Shown here: positions 46,561-48,059 of the stretch, in pieces
Numbering within the stretch: position 1 is the stretch's first letter
How the letters are laid out: every line of letters starts with the position of its first letter
Source of the DNA: a candidate division WOR-3 bacterium
Lineage (GTDB): Bacteria; SDB-A
Assembly: GCA_016934535.1 (NCBI GenBank)
Contig: JAFGSQ010000002.1
Coordinates: forward strand, 1-48,059
Direction: 5' to 3'
DNA length: 48,059 bases
Notes under the pieces: generated by a model
What the model was told of the DNA's origin: nothing
The model's input: only the letters and a program-made list of their open reading frames with translations
The model's database searches: none
Made by a program: the position numbers and the translations under genes

Positions 46561-47310
46561 TTATTTAACCGTGAACGTCACGCTGGTCAGTTCTTTTCCG
46601 TAATCGTCACCGTCAAAAAGCCTGAAGTCGTAGGATCCGGGTTCGTCGGGCGCGTTAAAAATCAATGTGCCTTCAAGCTTGCCAGGAAGATATTCGTAAT
46701 CGACGTCGTATTTATCGCATTCATCTTCATCGCCGTGAGCGACTTCAGAAGGGATAATTCCGATCCATGCGGAAGGGTCGAGTTCTCTTGAAACGCTGAA
46801 GTCTAACTCTATCTCATCACCAGGTCCAAATTCATATTCATCGAGATCAAGTACCGCGATTACAGGTTCACCGGCGTCTTCATCAAAAACTTCAAAAGAA
46901 ACGTAGGTCGCTTCAACGCCTTCAAAATCGCTCGTGAACATTCTTATGTCGTAGAGACCGGGTTCTGTCGGAGCCACAAAAGTGACTTCTCCGGTGAGAT
47001 CAGATCCAATCAAATGGTATTGAAGATCGTATTCGTCGTTTTCTTCCTCGTCGCCGTGGGGAACTTCAGACGGTATCAGGCCTATCCACGCGTTGTCATC
47101 GTATTCCTCAAGAGCGCTGTATTTAACCGTTATTATTTCGTCTGGTTCGTATTGATCTTTGTCAAGTTTGACAAATACTTCTACTTCGACTTCAGTCGTG
47201 TCTGTCGAAGTCGTGTCTGCCGCGGGTTTTGCGGGTTTCAAACTGCAGCCTGTCGTGACAACAGCAGTGATCATCAAAATAGCACACAATGCAACAATCA
47301 GCCTGTTCAT
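46561..47310 (-). CDS. Acidic lipoprotein with two tandem Ig-like repeats
   Basis: Lipobox TTGC; two repeats of about 95 aa sharing AWIG(L/I)IPSEV.HGDE...AP.EPG.YD.R(M/L)F. Confidence 0.82.
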   Translation of the reverse strand: MNRLIVALCAILMITAVVTTGCSLKPAKPAADTTSTDTTEVEVEVFVKLDKDQYEPDEIITVKYSALEEYDDNAWIGLIPSEVPHGDEEENDEYDLQYHLIGSDLTGEVTFVAPTEPGLYDIRMFTSDFEGVEATYVSFEVFDEDAGEPVIAVLDLDEYEFGPGDEIELDFSVSRELDPSAWIGIIPSEVAHGDEDECDKYDVDYEYLPGKLEGTLIFNAPDEPGSYDFRLFDGDDYGKELTSVTFTVK

Positions 47311-47415
47311 CTCTCTGCTCCTTTCGTAAATATTAACTTATCCGCTATTTTATTAAAATAACTATAATATTGCAAACATTAAATTCATAAAAGGCTTGCA
47401 ATCATCTGTTAATTT

Positions 47416-48024
47416 TCATGAAGCGCGTTTGAATATTTCGAACAACTCTTTTATCTCAAGCATGTATATTTTAATTACTTCGTCTTTATCTTTCTGAAAT
47501 CTTTTTTCAGAAAAACCGGTGAAATAACTGTGAAATATTGACCTGATAATTATGTTTAAAAGTTCGGCTCTCTTTTTTGAAATTCCGAATTGTTCGGCTG
47601 TTTTACGAAACACTTCACCTTCCAGCAAAGACGCCTTCGATTCTATAAGTTTCGAAATCACTTCAGGCGTGTTGTCTCCAAAGTACGTGAAATTGATAAG
47701 TCTGTATGCGTCCTGATGTTCAAAAGCAAAATATGAGACGGCTTTTCTAATTTGCTGATAGTGTGCGAGGGGAGATTCAAACTCGACATCTTTTGTGAAA
47801 TTAGATATATAAACATAGATATCATCCATAAACTTCAAAGCCGCAAGAAATTTAAGCTCATATATATCTTTGAAATAAGAATACAGGGTTGCGTAATGAT
47901 AACCGGCCAAATCGGCAACTTTTCTCACGCTCAACGCGCTCAAGCCCTCATCTTCTATTATCTGACAAGCAGCTGACACGAAAAAATCAACAGTCCTTTT
48001 TTTTCGTATGTCTTTTTTGTTCAT
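47416..48024 (-). CDS. TetR/AcrR regulator
   Basis: LSVRKVADLAGYHYATLYSYFKD HTH. Confidence 0.9.
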   Translation of the reverse strand: MNKKDIRKKRTVDFFVSAACQIIEDEGLSALSVRKVADLAGYHYATLYSYFKDIYELKFLAALKFMDDIYVYISNFTKDVEFESPLAHYQQIRKAVSYFAFEHQDAYRLINFTYFGDNTPEVISKLIESKASLLEGEVFRKTAEQFGISKKRAELLNIIIRSIFHSYFTGFSEKRFQKDKDEVIKIYMLEIKELFEIFKRAS

Positions 48025-48059
48025 TCTTTTACCTCAATCAGATATTACAAAAAAAAAAA

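Noticed and set aside
48049-48059. Terminal poly-A run
   Set aside because: It lies at the window end and is probably a homopolymer at an assembly break or a terminator tail; it cannot be interpreted.
1-48059. CRISPR arrays, tRNA/rRNA genes, IS elements, and the many short antisense ORFs
   Set aside because: None recognised by eye; intergenic gaps are short, and the antisense ORFs overlap well-supported genes.

Overview
A 48 kb gene-dense bacterial chromosomal segment, probably from a diderm anaerobic peptide fermenter. The FlgD-Ig/T9SS-type C-terminal domains suggest an FCB-adjacent lineage such as WOR-3, but this is inference. From left to right: a partial M6 metalloprotease missed by the ORF track; a BNR-propeller protein with CTD; gmhA; a B12 radical SAM enzyme; a GAF-PAS kinase; ACT and SGNH proteins; a long minus-strand run of arcE-like/arcC/yceD/rpmF/plsX/fabD/fabG/acpP/fabF, then etfB and a ferredoxin-fused etfA; an FGE-fold lipoprotein; a type IV minor-pilin operon (fimU-pilV-pilW-pilX-unknown-pilY1) with a sigma54 promoter and upstream palindrome, ending in a 1677-aa CTD-bearing modular adhesin-like protein and a terminator; TetR-TolC-MFP-RND with a visible operator; a methyltransferase; nifS/nifU; a ROK protein; a small OMP; a C25-like protease with CTD; a hybrid kinase; an SF2 helicase; a repeat lipoprotein; and TetR. 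The best leads are (1) the pilus-tip operon coupled to a giant CTD cargo under sigma54/enhancer control, (2) a probable arginine synthetase-carbamate kinase pair translationally coupled to the fab operon, and (3) five promoters positioned to give leaderless mRNAs. No rRNA, tRNA, CRISPR or mobile element was recognised. All calls come from reading motifs; no searches were run.
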